This document shows positions 45,169-55,516 of a stretch of 64,000 nt of DNA, piece by piece. Location of the stretch: assembly GCA_963716255.1 (NCBI GenBank), contig OY970303.1, positions 7,968,001 through 8,032,000 of the forward strand, written 5' to 3'. The number at the start of each line of letters is the position of its first letter. The first letter of the stretch is position 1. This DNA is from an uncultured Gemmatimonadales bacterium. GTDB taxonomy: Bacteria; Gemmatimonadota; Gemmatimonadetes; Longimicrobiales; Longimicrobiaceae. The notes below the pieces were generated by a model. That model ran no database searches. It worked only from the letters and a program-made list of their open reading frames with translations, and was not told the DNA's origin. The translations under genes and the position numbers were made by a program.

Positions 45169-46668
45169 GTGTTCGAGAAGATCCTTGTAGCCAACCGGGG
45201 CGAGATCGCCCTCCGCGTGATCCGCGCCGCCCACGAGCTGGGCGTGAAGGCGGTGGCCGTGTACTCCGAGGCCGACCGCCTGGCGCCGCACGTGCTCGCC
45301 GCGGACGAGGCGTACCTGATCGGCCCGGCGCCCAGCGCGCAGAGCTACCTCCGCGCCGACGTGCTGATCGACGTGGCGAAGAAGGCCGGCGCGGAGGCCA
45401 TCCACCCCGGCTACGGCTTCCTGTCGGAGCGGGCGCACTTCATCCGCGCGGTCCGCGATGCGGGGCTGGTGTTCATCGGCCCCTCGCCCGAGTCGGTGGA
45501 GGCCATGGGCGACAAGACCGCGGCCCGCAAGCGCGTCATCGCCGCAGGGGTGCCGGTGGTCCCCGGGACGGAGGACGCGCTCGCCGACGCCGCGGAGGCC
45601 CGGCGCGTCGCGGCGGAGGTGGGCTACCCGGTGCTCCTCAAGGCCGCGGCCGGCGGGGGCGGGAAGGGGATGCGCGTGGTGCGCGGCGAGGACGAGATCG
45701 AGCGCGCCTTCGAGGCGGCGGGGAACGAGGCGCAGGCGGCGTTCGGGGACCGCTCGGTGTACATCGAGAAGTTCCTGGAGGGGCCGCGCCACATCGAGAT
45801 CCAGCTCCTCGCGGACCGCCACGGCAACACGCTGCACCTGGGCGAGCGCGAGTGCTCCATCCAGCGCCGCCACCAGAAGCTGATCGAGGAGGCCCCGAGC
45901 GCCGTGCTCACCCCGGAGGAGCGGGCGGCGATGGGCGCCACGGCGGTGGCGGCGGCGCAGGCCGTGAGCTACGAGGGCGCCGGGACGGTGGAGTTCCTGT
46001 ACCAGGACGGCCGCTTCTACTTCCTGGAGATGAACACGCGCATCCAGGTGGAGCACCCCGTCACCGAGCTGGTGACGGGGATCGACCTGGTGCAGTGGCA
46101 GATCCGCGTCGCGGCGGGCGAGGCGCTCCCCTTCCGGCAGGAGGACATCGGCTGGACCGGGCACGCGATCGAGTGCCGCATCACCTCGGAGGACCCGGGC
46201 AACGGCTTCCTGCCGTCCACCGGGCGCATCCGGATGCTGGAGATCCCCGCGGGCCCCGGCGTGCGCTGGGACGGCGGGATCACCCCGGGCTACGAGGTGG
46301 GCCTCTTCTACGACCCCATGCTCGCCAAGCTGATCGTGCACGGGCCCACGCGCGAGCAGGCCATCGACCGGATGAAGCGGGCGCTCGGCGAGCTGCGCGT
46401 GGTGGGGGTGGACACCAGCGTCCCCTTTCACCTGCGGGTGATGGACGAGCCGGACTTCCGCGCCGGGCGGCTGGACATCAAGTACCTGGAAAAGCACGAG
46501 GCCGAGCTGCTGGACGCCCCGCAGGACGAGGAGCGGGTGCGCATCGCCGCGCTCGCCGCCGCGCTGCTGGAGGAGGAGAGCCGCACCCGCCGCACCGCGC
46601 AGCGAGCCCAGCCGGGCGCCGCCGCCGGCGGCGGGAGCCGGTGGCGTGGCCGCATGGGCTGGAGATAG
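45169..46668 (+). CDS. accC: Biotin carboxylase subunit (acetyl/propionyl-CoA carboxylase)
   Basis: ANRGEIA, HPGYGFLSE, GGGGKGMR, RECSIQRRHQK, EMNTRIQVEHPVTE. Confidence 0.95.
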   Translation: MFEKILVANRGEIALRVIRAAHELGVKAVAVYSEADRLAPHVLAADEAYLIGPAPSAQSYLRADVLIDVAKKAGAEAIHPGYGFLSERAHFIRAVRDAGLVFIGPSPESVEAMGDKTAARKRVIAAGVPVVPGTEDALADAAEARRVAAEVGYPVLLKAAAGGGGKGMRVVRGEDEIERAFEAAGNEAQAAFGDRSVYIEKFLEGPRHIEIQLLADRHGNTLHLGERECSIQRRHQKLIEEAPSAVLTPEERAAMGATAVAAAQAVSYEGAGTVEFLYQDGRFYFLEMNTRIQVEHPVTELVTGIDLVQWQIRVAAGEALPFRQEDIGWTGHAIECRITSEDPGNGFLPSTGRIRMLEIPAGPGVRWDGGITPGYEVGLFYDPMLAKLIVHGPTREQAIDRMKRALGELRVVGVDTSVPFHLRVMDEPDFRAGRLDIKYLEKHEAELLDAPQDEERVRIAALAAALLEEESRTRRTAQRAQPGAAAGGGSRWRGRMGWR

Positions 46669-46671
46669 CGG

Positions 46672-48015
46672 GTGGCGGACCGCAGGGCGGGGCGGGGGCG
46701 CCCCGGCGGGCAGGGGCGCCGGCCGGGCACGGAGCGCCGGCCGCCGCAGGCGCAGGTGCGCATCGACTCCATCGCCGCGGGGGGCGAGGGCGTGGGGCGG
46801 CTCCCGGACGGGCGCGTGGTGTTCGTGCACCGCACCGCCCCCGGCGACCTGGCCGAGGTGGCGCTCACCGAGCGGCGCGACCGCTGGGCGCGCGGGCGGC
46901 TCCTGCGCGTGCTGGATGCGTCGCCGGAGCGGAGGGAGGCGCCGTGCCCCTTTTACGGCGAGTGCGGCGGGTGCACGCTGGAGCACCTGACGTACCCGGC
47001 GCAGCTCCGCGCCAAGGCGCGCATCGTCGCGGACGCGCTCACCCGCATCGGGGGGATGCCGACGGAGCCGCCGGAGGTGGTCGCCTCGCCCTCGGAGCAC
47101 CGCTACCGCAACCGCGTTTCCTTCGCGCTGCGGCGCACGGGGCGGGGCGGGGTCGTCGCCGGCTTCCACGCGCTCGGCGACCCGGAGCGCATCGTGGACC
47201 TGGACGGCCGCTGCCTCCTCCCGGAGGAGCCCATCGCCCGGGTGTGGGACGACATCCGCGCCAGCTGGGGGACGGAGGCGTTCCGCCTCCCCTCCGGCGA
47301 CCGGCTGCGATTGACGCTGCGGGCCAGCGCCGGCGGCGAGGTGTCGCTGCTGGTGGAGGGCGGCTACTCGCCCGGGCGCCCGCAGGAATTGCTGGACGCG
47401 GTCCCCGGGCTGGTGGCCGTGTGGCACCGCCCCGGCGCGGCGCCGCCGTCGCTGGTGGGGGGGGCGCCCGGCCTGCCGGAGAGCTGGGGCGACGAGACGC
47501 TGGAGCTGAGCGGCGCCGCCTTCCTCCAGGTGAACCGCGGCGCCGCCGCGCTGCTGGAGGCGCACGTCCTGGAGCGCGTCGGCGACGCGGCGGGGCTGCG
47601 GGTGGTGGACGCGTACTGCGGCGTGGGGCTGCACGCCCGGCGCCTGGCGCGCGCCGGGGCCGCCGTGGTGGGGATCGAGCTGGATCCCGAGGCGGTGGCC
47701 GAGGCCCGGCGCGCCGCCCCGGAGGGCACGGAGTTCGTGGAGGGGCCGGTGGAGGCGCACCTCCCCGCGCACCTCCCCGCCGACCTGGTGATCCTCAACC
47801 CGCCGCGCGCCGGGGTGGCCGCCGAGGTCGCGGACGCGCTGGCGGCCTCGCCGCCGCGGCGCATCGTCTACGTGTCGTGCAACCCCGCGACGCTCGCGCG
47901 CGACCTCAAGCGCCTGGGCGGCGGCTTCCGGGTGGAGAGCGTCCGCTCCTTCGACCTGTTCCCCCAGACGGCGCACGTGGAGACCGTCGTGGTGCTGTCC
48001 TCACAGGAACCCTGA
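46672..48015 (+). CDS. rlmD: 23S rRNA m5U methyltransferase, RlmD/TrmA family with TRAM domain
   Basis: CPFYGECGGC Fe-S motif, FLQVN, DAYCGVG, NPPRAG, YVSCNPATLARD, FPQTAHVE. Confidence 0.88.
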   Translation: MADRRAGRGRPGGQGRRPGTERRPPQAQVRIDSIAAGGEGVGRLPDGRVVFVHRTAPGDLAEVALTERRDRWARGRLLRVLDASPERREAPCPFYGECGGCTLEHLTYPAQLRAKARIVADALTRIGGMPTEPPEVVASPSEHRYRNRVSFALRRTGRGGVVAGFHALGDPERIVDLDGRCLLPEEPIARVWDDIRASWGTEAFRLPSGDRLRLTLRASAGGEVSLLVEGGYSPGRPQELLDAVPGLVAVWHRPGAAPPSLVGGAPGLPESWGDETLELSGAAFLQVNRGAAALLEAHVLERVGDAAGLRVVDAYCGVGLHARRLARAGAAVVGIELDPEAVAEARRAAPEGTEFVEGPVEAHLPAHLPADLVILNPPRAGVAAEVADALAASPPRRIVYVSCNPATLARDLKRLGGGFRVESVRSFDLFPQTAHVETVVVLSSQEP

Positions 48016-48024
48016 ATCGCCCAG

Positions 48025-48522
48025 ATGCGCTACTTCGTCACCATCGCCGGCCGCGAGGTCGAGGTCGACCTGACCGGCGCCACCCCCGTGGTGGACGGCA
48101 CGCCGGTGCACGCAGAGCTGGCCACCCTCCCCGGCACCCCCGTCCGCAGCCTGCTGGTGGACGGCCGCTCCCACCCGTTCATCGCCCACGCGGGGGAGCG
48201 GCGGGGCCGCTGGGAGATCGCCATGGGCGGGAGCCGCCTGGTGGTGGACGCGGTGGACGAGCGCACCCGCGCCATCCGCGAGATGACCGGCGGCGCGGAC
48301 GCGGAAACGGAAAAGACCGTCGCCGCGCCGATGCCCGGGCTGGTGGTGCGGGTGGAGGTGGAGGTGGGGCAGCAGGTGAGGGCGGGGCAGGGGCTGGTGA
48401 TCGTGGAGGCGATGAAGATGGAGAACGAGCTCAAGGCGCCGGCGGACGGCGTGGTCGCGCGCATCGAGGTGCAGCCCGGCCAGACGGTGGACAAGGGCGC
48501 CACGCTGATCGTGCTGGAGTAG
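48025..48522 (+). CDS. Biotin carboxyl carrier protein
   Basis: APMPG...VEAMKMENE biotinylation motif. Confidence 0.93.
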   Translation: MRYFVTIAGREVEVDLTGATPVVDGTPVHAELATLPGTPVRSLLVDGRSHPFIAHAGERRGRWEIAMGGSRLVVDAVDERTRAIREMTGGADAETEKTVAAPMPGLVVRVEVEVGQQVRAGQGLVIVEAMKMENELKAPADGVVARIEVQPGQTVDKGATLIVLE

Positions 48523-48566
48523 GAAAGCCGCGCGGGACGGAGCTGCCACACGGACCGGAGGGTGCC

Positions 48567-49070
48567 ATGTACCGGCGGATCGACGATTTCCTGCGGGACT
48601 GGACGGAGGAGAGCACGAGCACGCTCCGGGTGCTGCGGGCGCTCACGGACGAGTCGCTGGAGCAGCGGGTGACCCCGGACGGGCGCAGCATCGGCGGGCT
48701 CGCCTGGCACCTGGTGGGCTCGCTGGGGGTGATGCCGGGCCGCGCCGGGCTCGCCGGGATCCACGCTCCGCCGCCGGAGGTGCCCGCCCCGGCCAGCGCG
48801 GCCGTGATCGCCGACGCCTACGGCAGGGCTGCCTGCTCCCTGGCCGGCGCCGTGCCCGAGCAGTGGACCGACGAGATGCTCCCGGAGGAGGTGCCCATGT
48901 ACGTGGACCCCTGGGCGCGCGGCCGGGTGCTTTCCATGATCATCCGCCACCAGGCGCACCACCGCGCGCAGATCACCGTGCTCATGCGCCAGGCGGGCCT
49001 CGCCGTTCCGGGGTGCTACGGCCCCTCGCGCGAGGAGTGGGCGGAGCGGGGGATGCCGGCGATGCAGTAG
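48567..49070 (+). CDS. DinB family protein
   Basis: RBS ggagg; RSIGGLAWHL and HQAHHRAQI His motifs. Confidence 0.85.
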   Translation: MYRRIDDFLRDWTEESTSTLRVLRALTDESLEQRVTPDGRSIGGLAWHLVGSLGVMPGRAGLAGIHAPPPEVPAPASAAVIADAYGRAACSLAGAVPEQWTDEMLPEEVPMYVDPWARGRVLSMIIRHQAHHRAQITVLMRQAGLAVPGCYGPSREEWAERGMPAMQ

Positions 49071-49117
49071 GGGGGATGGTGATCGACCCTCACTCTCGCC
49101 GACGACGCACGGAAAGC

Positions 49118-49146
49118 TTGACGTTTGTTTTGCGCCAAATTACTCT
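49118..49146 (+). promoter_or_regulatory. Sigma70-like promoter of islet 2
   Basis: TTGACG-tttgttt-TGCGCC-aaat-TACTCT, same register as 38326-38354. Confidence 0.65.
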
Positions 49147-49187
49147 CCAAAAAAGTCCCTCCCCTCCATCCAGTCCCACGACAGCTC

Positions 49188-50219
49188 ATGAAGCGCTTCT
49201 GCACGCTCGCCGTGATCATCGGGAGCCTATGCGCACCCGCCGTGGCGGCTGCCCAGCAGGTCGTTTCGCGCCCGATCACCGAGGTGCGAAGCTCTGCGAC
49301 GGCGGTCAGGCTCGTCGAAGTCGTACGCCTTGGAAGCCTGGATGGAGCCCACGACGCCTTCGGCCGGGTCATGGACGTGGCCCTGTCCCGGTCCGGCCGC
49401 ATCGTCGTCGCGGACGACCAGAACTACAACGTGGTGGTCTTCGGCCCAGACGGCAGGTACGTCGGGACCATGGGGCGGAAGGGCCAGGGGCCGGGTGAGT
49501 TCGTGAGTCCCTGGAAAGTGGCCGTGGATGCCCAGGACAGCGTTTTCGTGTGGGATGCCGGTCTGGCCCGCATCAGCGTGTTCAGGCCGGATCTCCGTTT
49601 CAGACGTAGCTTTGCCGTCCCGCCGCAGTGGCTCGTCAACAGCCTTCAATTCTTCCAGGACGGAAGGCTGCTCGTCGCGGCGTATGGTCGCAGAGAGCCG
49701 GGTCCCCTCCATCTCCTGAGCCGCTCGGGGAGGCTGGAGCGGTCGTTCGGCCCCCGGGTCAACTCGCCGGACCTGTCCGGTTTCGAAGCAAGCCTCCTCG
49801 GCGGAACCGTCGACGTAGCCGGCCAGACCCTCGTCTATTCTGCCAAGAGCCCCTACGAGGTCTGGTTTCTCGACCTCGCGGGGCGAGCGGGGACGCGATG
49901 CGTCGGGCGAACGGAGTGGACAACCCGGCCCTCTCAGGCAGTCCGGGTGAGCCAGAACGCGACGAACCTGCAGTGGGAAAAGTACATCCATTCATCCGCT
50001 GTCCTCAGCCTGGGCCGGGGATTGTACCTGAACCAGGTGCTCGACCCCGCCGGCGACCGTACTCGCCTGGATCTCCTTACCGCCGACTGCCGTCTGCTCC
50101 GCCGGACCACGTTCGACTCTCCGCTCAACGTCGTGGATGCCTCCGGTTCGAAGCTGGCGGCCGTGCGCGATCTGGAATTCCCGGAAGTGCTGGTATACGA
50201 AGCGCGGATCACGCAATAG
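49188..50219 (+). CDS. Secreted 6-bladed beta-propeller (NHL-like) protein
   Basis: Signal peptide; FGRVMDVALSRSGRIVVAD, MGRKGQGPGEF, VFVWDAGLARISVF. Confidence 0.82.
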   Translation: MKRFCTLAVIIGSLCAPAVAAAQQVVSRPITEVRSSATAVRLVEVVRLGSLDGAHDAFGRVMDVALSRSGRIVVADDQNYNVVVFGPDGRYVGTMGRKGQGPGEFVSPWKVAVDAQDSVFVWDAGLARISVFRPDLRFRRSFAVPPQWLVNSLQFFQDGRLLVAAYGRREPGPLHLLSRSGRLERSFGPRVNSPDLSGFEASLLGGTVDVAGQTLVYSAKSPYEVWFLDLAGRAGTRCVGRTEWTTRPSQAVRVSQNATNLQWEKYIHSSAVLSLGRGLYLNQVLDPAGDRTRLDLLTADCRLLRRTTFDSPLNVVDASGSKLAAVRDLEFPEVLVYEARITQ

Positions 50220-50269
50220 ACGAAATCGAGCCGGACGGAGGCCAGCCACTTCCACGAGGCGACCTGCTC

Positions 50270-50734
50270 ATGAAGCTGCCCGTTTCACTCTTCACCGGTT
50301 TCGCGCTCGCCACCCTCGCCCTCGTGGTATGCCCCCCCTCGGCCGAAGCCCAGGGCGAAAGCTCGGGCACCTGCCAGTGGGGGTGCCTGTGCACGGGGAA
50401 TCGATGCGGGTGCAACTCGAACGGCAGTGGAAAGGATTGTGCTCTGGGCGGCAATGGTTGTGTCGTCACGATGTGCGAACAGGAACAGATCTCCCTGCTG
50501 GTGATCGCGCCCGACGGGTCCCTCGTACCGCTCCCGGCGAGATATGCGGCCGAGCGGGACCCGGCCGGCGACGGGAAGGGCGAGGCGATCACCCAGCCGA
50601 GCATGGGACGATGGGAGTTCGTTGCCGCGGGCCGCTCCGTCGCCCGGCACTGCAGCGGACTGATCACCAGGCGGTACTACGATCGTGCAACCGCCGCGGA
50701 CATCCGGGACATGGAGCGGGACATCTCGATCTGA
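50270..50734 (+). CDS. Secreted protein with an 8-Cys N-terminal domain
   Basis: Signal peptide ending AEA-Q; TCQWGCLCTGNRCGCNSNGSGKDCALGGNGCVVTMC. C-terminal part of track ORF 49628..50734. Confidence 0.75.
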   Translation: MKLPVSLFTGFALATLALVVCPPSAEAQGESSGTCQWGCLCTGNRCGCNSNGSGKDCALGGNGCVVTMCEQEQISLLVIAPDGSLVPLPARYAAERDPAGDGKGEAITQPSMGRWEFVAAGRSVARHCSGLITRRYYDRATAADIRDMERDISI

Positions 50735-50786
50735 GACCGAAAAGCTGCAGCGCCCGTAGTGCATACCTGCCAGGCGGACCGGCCCT

Positions 50787-50820
50787 GACGCCGACGGATC
50801 CCCATGGATCCGTCGGCGTT
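50787..50820 (+). terminator. Hairpin, possible terminator of islet 2
   Basis: gacgccgacggatc...gatccgtcggcgtt; weak U tract. Confidence 0.5.
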
Positions 50821-50862
50821 CGTCGTTGCGGGGCGTCCCCCCGCGGACGCTAATTCGGAGCC

Positions 50863-51000
50863 GCGTGAGGGATGCGCGCCCGGCAGGGCCGAGACCCGCG
50901 GGGCAGTTTCCGCGGGGCTCGGCGGAGTTACGCACGGCGGTTTCGTGCGTTACTCCGCGCGCAGCCCGACCCCGCGCCAGCGGGGGCACGCCCAAACTGC
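50863..51000 (+). repeat. Structured repeat A, copy 3 (most diverged)
   Basis: Same ends and linkers; stems re-sequenced but still paired. Confidence 0.8.
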
Positions 51001-51021
51001 CGTCCATCCAGTTGTATCTTG

Positions 51022-51060
51022 AGATATATCTTGACTCACGATATATCGCGAGTTATATCT
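51022..51060 (+). promoter_or_regulatory. Putative PadR operator and promoter
   Basis: Palindromes AGATATATCT (51022-51031) and CGATATATCG (51039-51048) around TTGACT, in an AT-rich patch before padR. Confidence 0.65.
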
Positions 51061-51101
51061 GGATCAGCCGGTGACGGGAACCCGTGTCACGGAGGAAGAA
51101 A

Positions 51102-51656
51102 ATGTTCGGTGCGTACGGATGCGGCCCGCGCGGCCGCCGGGGAGCGTGGGGCGGCTTCGGCTGGGGCGGCGGGCCACGCGGAGGCCCGGGACGTGGGCGC
51201 GTCTTCGGGCACGGCGACCTCAAGCTGGTGATCCTCAGCCTGCTGGCGGAAAAGCCGCGCCACGGCTACGAGATCATCAAGGAGCTGGAGGACCGGGTGG
51301 GGGGCACGTACTCGCCCAGCCCGGGAACCGTCTACCCCACACTCTCGCTGCTGGAGGACATGGGCTACGCGCGCTCCCGGGTGGAGGAGGCGAACCGCAA
51401 GGTCTACGAGATCACGGACGAGGGCCGGCAGCACCTGGAGCAGAACCGCCCGGCGGTGGACGACATCTTCGGCCGGGTGGACGAGTTCGCCTCGTTCTTC
51501 TTCGGCCCGGCGATGTCCGGGCTGGGGCACGCCTTCGGGAGCCTGGGCGGCGCCGTATTCCGCGCCGGGATGCGCCACCAGGGCGACGAGCAGTGGGTGC
51601 GCCGCGCGCAGGAGATCCTGGAGCGCGCGGCGCGCGATGTCGAGGGCCTGAACTGA
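51102..51656 (+). CDS. PadR family transcriptional regulator
   Basis: RBS ggagg; PRHGYEIIKELE, YSPSPGTVYPTL, RKVYEITDEG. Confidence 0.92.
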   Translation: MFGAYGCGPRGRRGAWGGFGWGGGPRGGPGRGRVFGHGDLKLVILSLLAEKPRHGYEIIKELEDRVGGTYSPSPGTVYPTLSLLEDMGYARSRVEEANRKVYEITDEGRQHLEQNRPAVDDIFGRVDEFASFFFGPAMSGLGHAFGSLGGAVFRAGMRHQGDEQWVRRAQEILERAARDVEGLN

Positions 51657-51806
51657 CGCGCCGCGGCGGCGCGGCTGCCGGGAGCGCCGGCGGATCCACG
51701 CGGTCCGCCGGCGCTCCCGTTCGCGCTTGCTCCCCGCGGCGCCGCGCGCCTACATTCGACGGACCCGGCCCGCCGCCCGCGCCCACGACCCGCTCCAGGA
51801 CAGGCC

Positions 51807-52367
51807 ATGCCCCGCATCACCCCGCTCGACTACGCGGACGCGCCGCCCGAGGCGCGCGCCGCCCACGACGAGCACCTGAAGACGGCGCGCATCACCAACA
51901 TGAAGCGCACGCTCCTTCACTCGGTGCCGGCGTTCCGCGCGCTGATGACCTGGTACGACCTGCGCGGCACGGTGCAGCCGTTCCTGGGCGAGCGCCTCAC
52001 CACGCTCTTCGCGCACGCCGTCTCCGCCGAGACCGACTGCCTGATCTGCTCCACCTTCTTCCGCCGCGTCCTGGTGGACGCGGGCGAGGACCCCGACCGG
52101 CTGGAGCTGGACGCGCGCGAGGCCGCCGTGGTGGCGTTCGGACGGGCGCTCGCCGTCACCCCGCACCGGGTGCCGGACGCGGTGTACGCCCGCGCGGCGG
52201 AGCACTTCAGCGACGAGCAGACCGTGGCGCTGGTGGCGTTCGGCGCGCTGATGGTGGCCACCAACGTGGTCAACAACGCGCTCGGGGTGCCGCTGGACGA
52301 CTACCTCCAGCCGTACCGCCGGCAGCCCGCGGCCGCCGGGGCGGAAGGAGCCGGCACCCATGGGTGA
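51807..52367 (+). CDS. AhpD/carboxymuconolactone decarboxylase-like protein
   Basis: CLIC motif; AEHFSDEQTVAL...NNALGVPLD. Confidence 0.75.
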   Translation: MPRITPLDYADAPPEARAAHDEHLKTARITNMKRTLLHSVPAFRALMTWYDLRGTVQPFLGERLTTLFAHAVSAETDCLICSTFFRRVLVDAGEDPDRLELDAREAAVVAFGRALAVTPHRVPDAVYARAAEHFSDEQTVALVAFGALMVATNVVNNALGVPLDDYLQPYRRQPAAAGAEGAGTHG

Positions 52368-53163
52368 GCTCGCGGGGCGCGTCGCCTTCGTCACGGGGGC
52401 GGCGCACGGGCAGGGGAGGGCGACCGCGCTGAAGCTGGCCGGGGAGGGCGCGGCGATCGCCGCCTTCGACGTGGCGAGGCCGCTGGCGTACCCGGCCTAC
52501 GGGATGGGGACGGGCGCGGAGCTGGAGTCGCTGGTGGCGGAGTGCGAGGCGCTGGGGAGCCCCTGCCTGGCGTTCGCGGGCGACGTGCGCGACGACGCGG
52601 CCATCACGGCGGCGGTGGGCGAGACCGTGGAGCGGCTGGGGCGAATCGACATCCTCTTCAACAACGCCGGCATCTGCGCCTACGGGCTGGCGCACGAGCT
52701 GACGGAGGAGGAGTGGGACGGGATGATGGACATCAACCTCAAGGGCCCCTGGATGGTGGCGCGCCGGGTGATCCCCGTGATGATCGCGCAGAAGCGCGGG
52801 GTGATCGTCAACAACTCGTCGGTGGCGGGGCTGCGGGGGATGAACCGCCTCAGCCACTACGCGGCGTCCAAGCACGGGCTGCTGGGCCTGACCCGGTCGT
52901 GGGCGCTGGAGCTGGCGCCGCACGGCATCCGCGTGGTCGCCGTCCACCCCACCGGCGTGAACACGCCGATGAACGACGGGCTCGCCGCCATGGAGGGGAA
53001 GACCCCGCAGGAGATCGCCGAGGCCTCGGCCGGCAACCTCCTCCCCGTCCCCTGGATCGAGCCGGACGACGTGGCCGAGGCGGTCCTGTACCTGGTGTCC
53101 GACCGGGCCCGCTTCGTCACCGGCTCCTCCTTCGTGCTGGACGCGGGGCTGCTCGTGCGCTAG
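52360..53163 (+). CDS. SDR oxidoreductase, mycofactocin-coupled-like
   Basis: TGAAHGQG, NNAG, YAASK; extra loop after FDV (ARPLAYPAYGMGTGAEL). Confidence 0.85.
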   Translation: MGELAGRVAFVTGAAHGQGRATALKLAGEGAAIAAFDVARPLAYPAYGMGTGAELESLVAECEALGSPCLAFAGDVRDDAAITAAVGETVERLGRIDILFNNAGICAYGLAHELTEEEWDGMMDINLKGPWMVARRVIPVMIAQKRGVIVNNSSVAGLRGMNRLSHYAASKHGLLGLTRSWALELAPHGIRVVAVHPTGVNTPMNDGLAAMEGKTPQEIAEASAGNLLPVPWIEPDDVAEAVLYLVSDRARFVTGSSFVLDAGLLVR

Positions 53164-53221
53164 CGTGCGGGAGGATGTCCGGACCGGCTCCCCGCGCCGA
53201 CCTTTTGCCATCCTCCCGGCC

Positions 53222-53596
53222 ATGCGACGAACCCGCCTCCCCGCGCTCCTGCTGCTGCTCGCCGCCGCGTCCGCCTGCACGCGGCGGGCGAGCTACGACG
53301 ACCCCGGCCAGGCGATCGTCGCCCGCCCCGGCGCGGAGTTCGACCTGGCGCTCCGCTCCAACCAGAGCACGGGGTACCGCTGGGTGCTGGTGGATTCCGC
53401 CGCGCTCGGACCGCTGCGCCCCATCGGCTCCAGCTACCGCGTGACGGAGGGCAGCGGCAACGGCGCGGGCGGCACCGAGCGCTGGACCTTTCGCGCTGAG
53501 GGCCCGGGCGAGGGCGTCGTCGCGCTGGTGTACGTCCGCCCCTGGGAGGGCACGGCCCCGCGCGACACCACCCGCTTCCGGGCGGTCGTCCGCTGA
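53222..53596 (+). CDS. Chagasin (I42) cysteine protease inhibitor family lipoprotein
   Basis: Lipobox [23 protein letters not shown] loops. Confidence 0.85.
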   Translation: MRRTRLPALLLLLAAASACTRRASYDDPGQAIVARPGAEFDLALRSNQSTGYRWVLVDSAALGPLRPIGSSYRVTEGSGNGAGGTERWTFRAEGPGEGVVALVYVRPWEGTAPRDTTRFRAVVR

Positions 53597-53756
53597 CGCC
53601 CGCGCGAACGCTCCGCTTCCACCCCGCGCCGCCCCTCCCGCCGGCGGATGCCCCGCGCGTCCGCCGGCGTTATCTTGTCGCGCGGCACGATCCGGCGGGG
53701 GCGGCGGCGGTTTCGCGCGCCCGCACTTTCGCACTCACGCACCGTCTTTCTTCGAT

Positions 53757-55448
<1,692 letters not shown>

Positions 55449-55516
55449 GGCAGCCGCCCGCGGCGCGAGACCGGAAGCAGAGCGATCGGCGGCACATCCA
55501 CCCCCAGGACCGGCCG

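Noticed and set aside
50863..51001. Pseudoknot between loop ggcagttt and tail aaactgcc
   Set aside because: Perfect only in copy 3; not maintained in the other copies.
53222..53596. Chagasin as self-resistance for the NRPS product
   Set aside because: More than 20 kb away, beyond housekeeping genes, with no mechanistic link.
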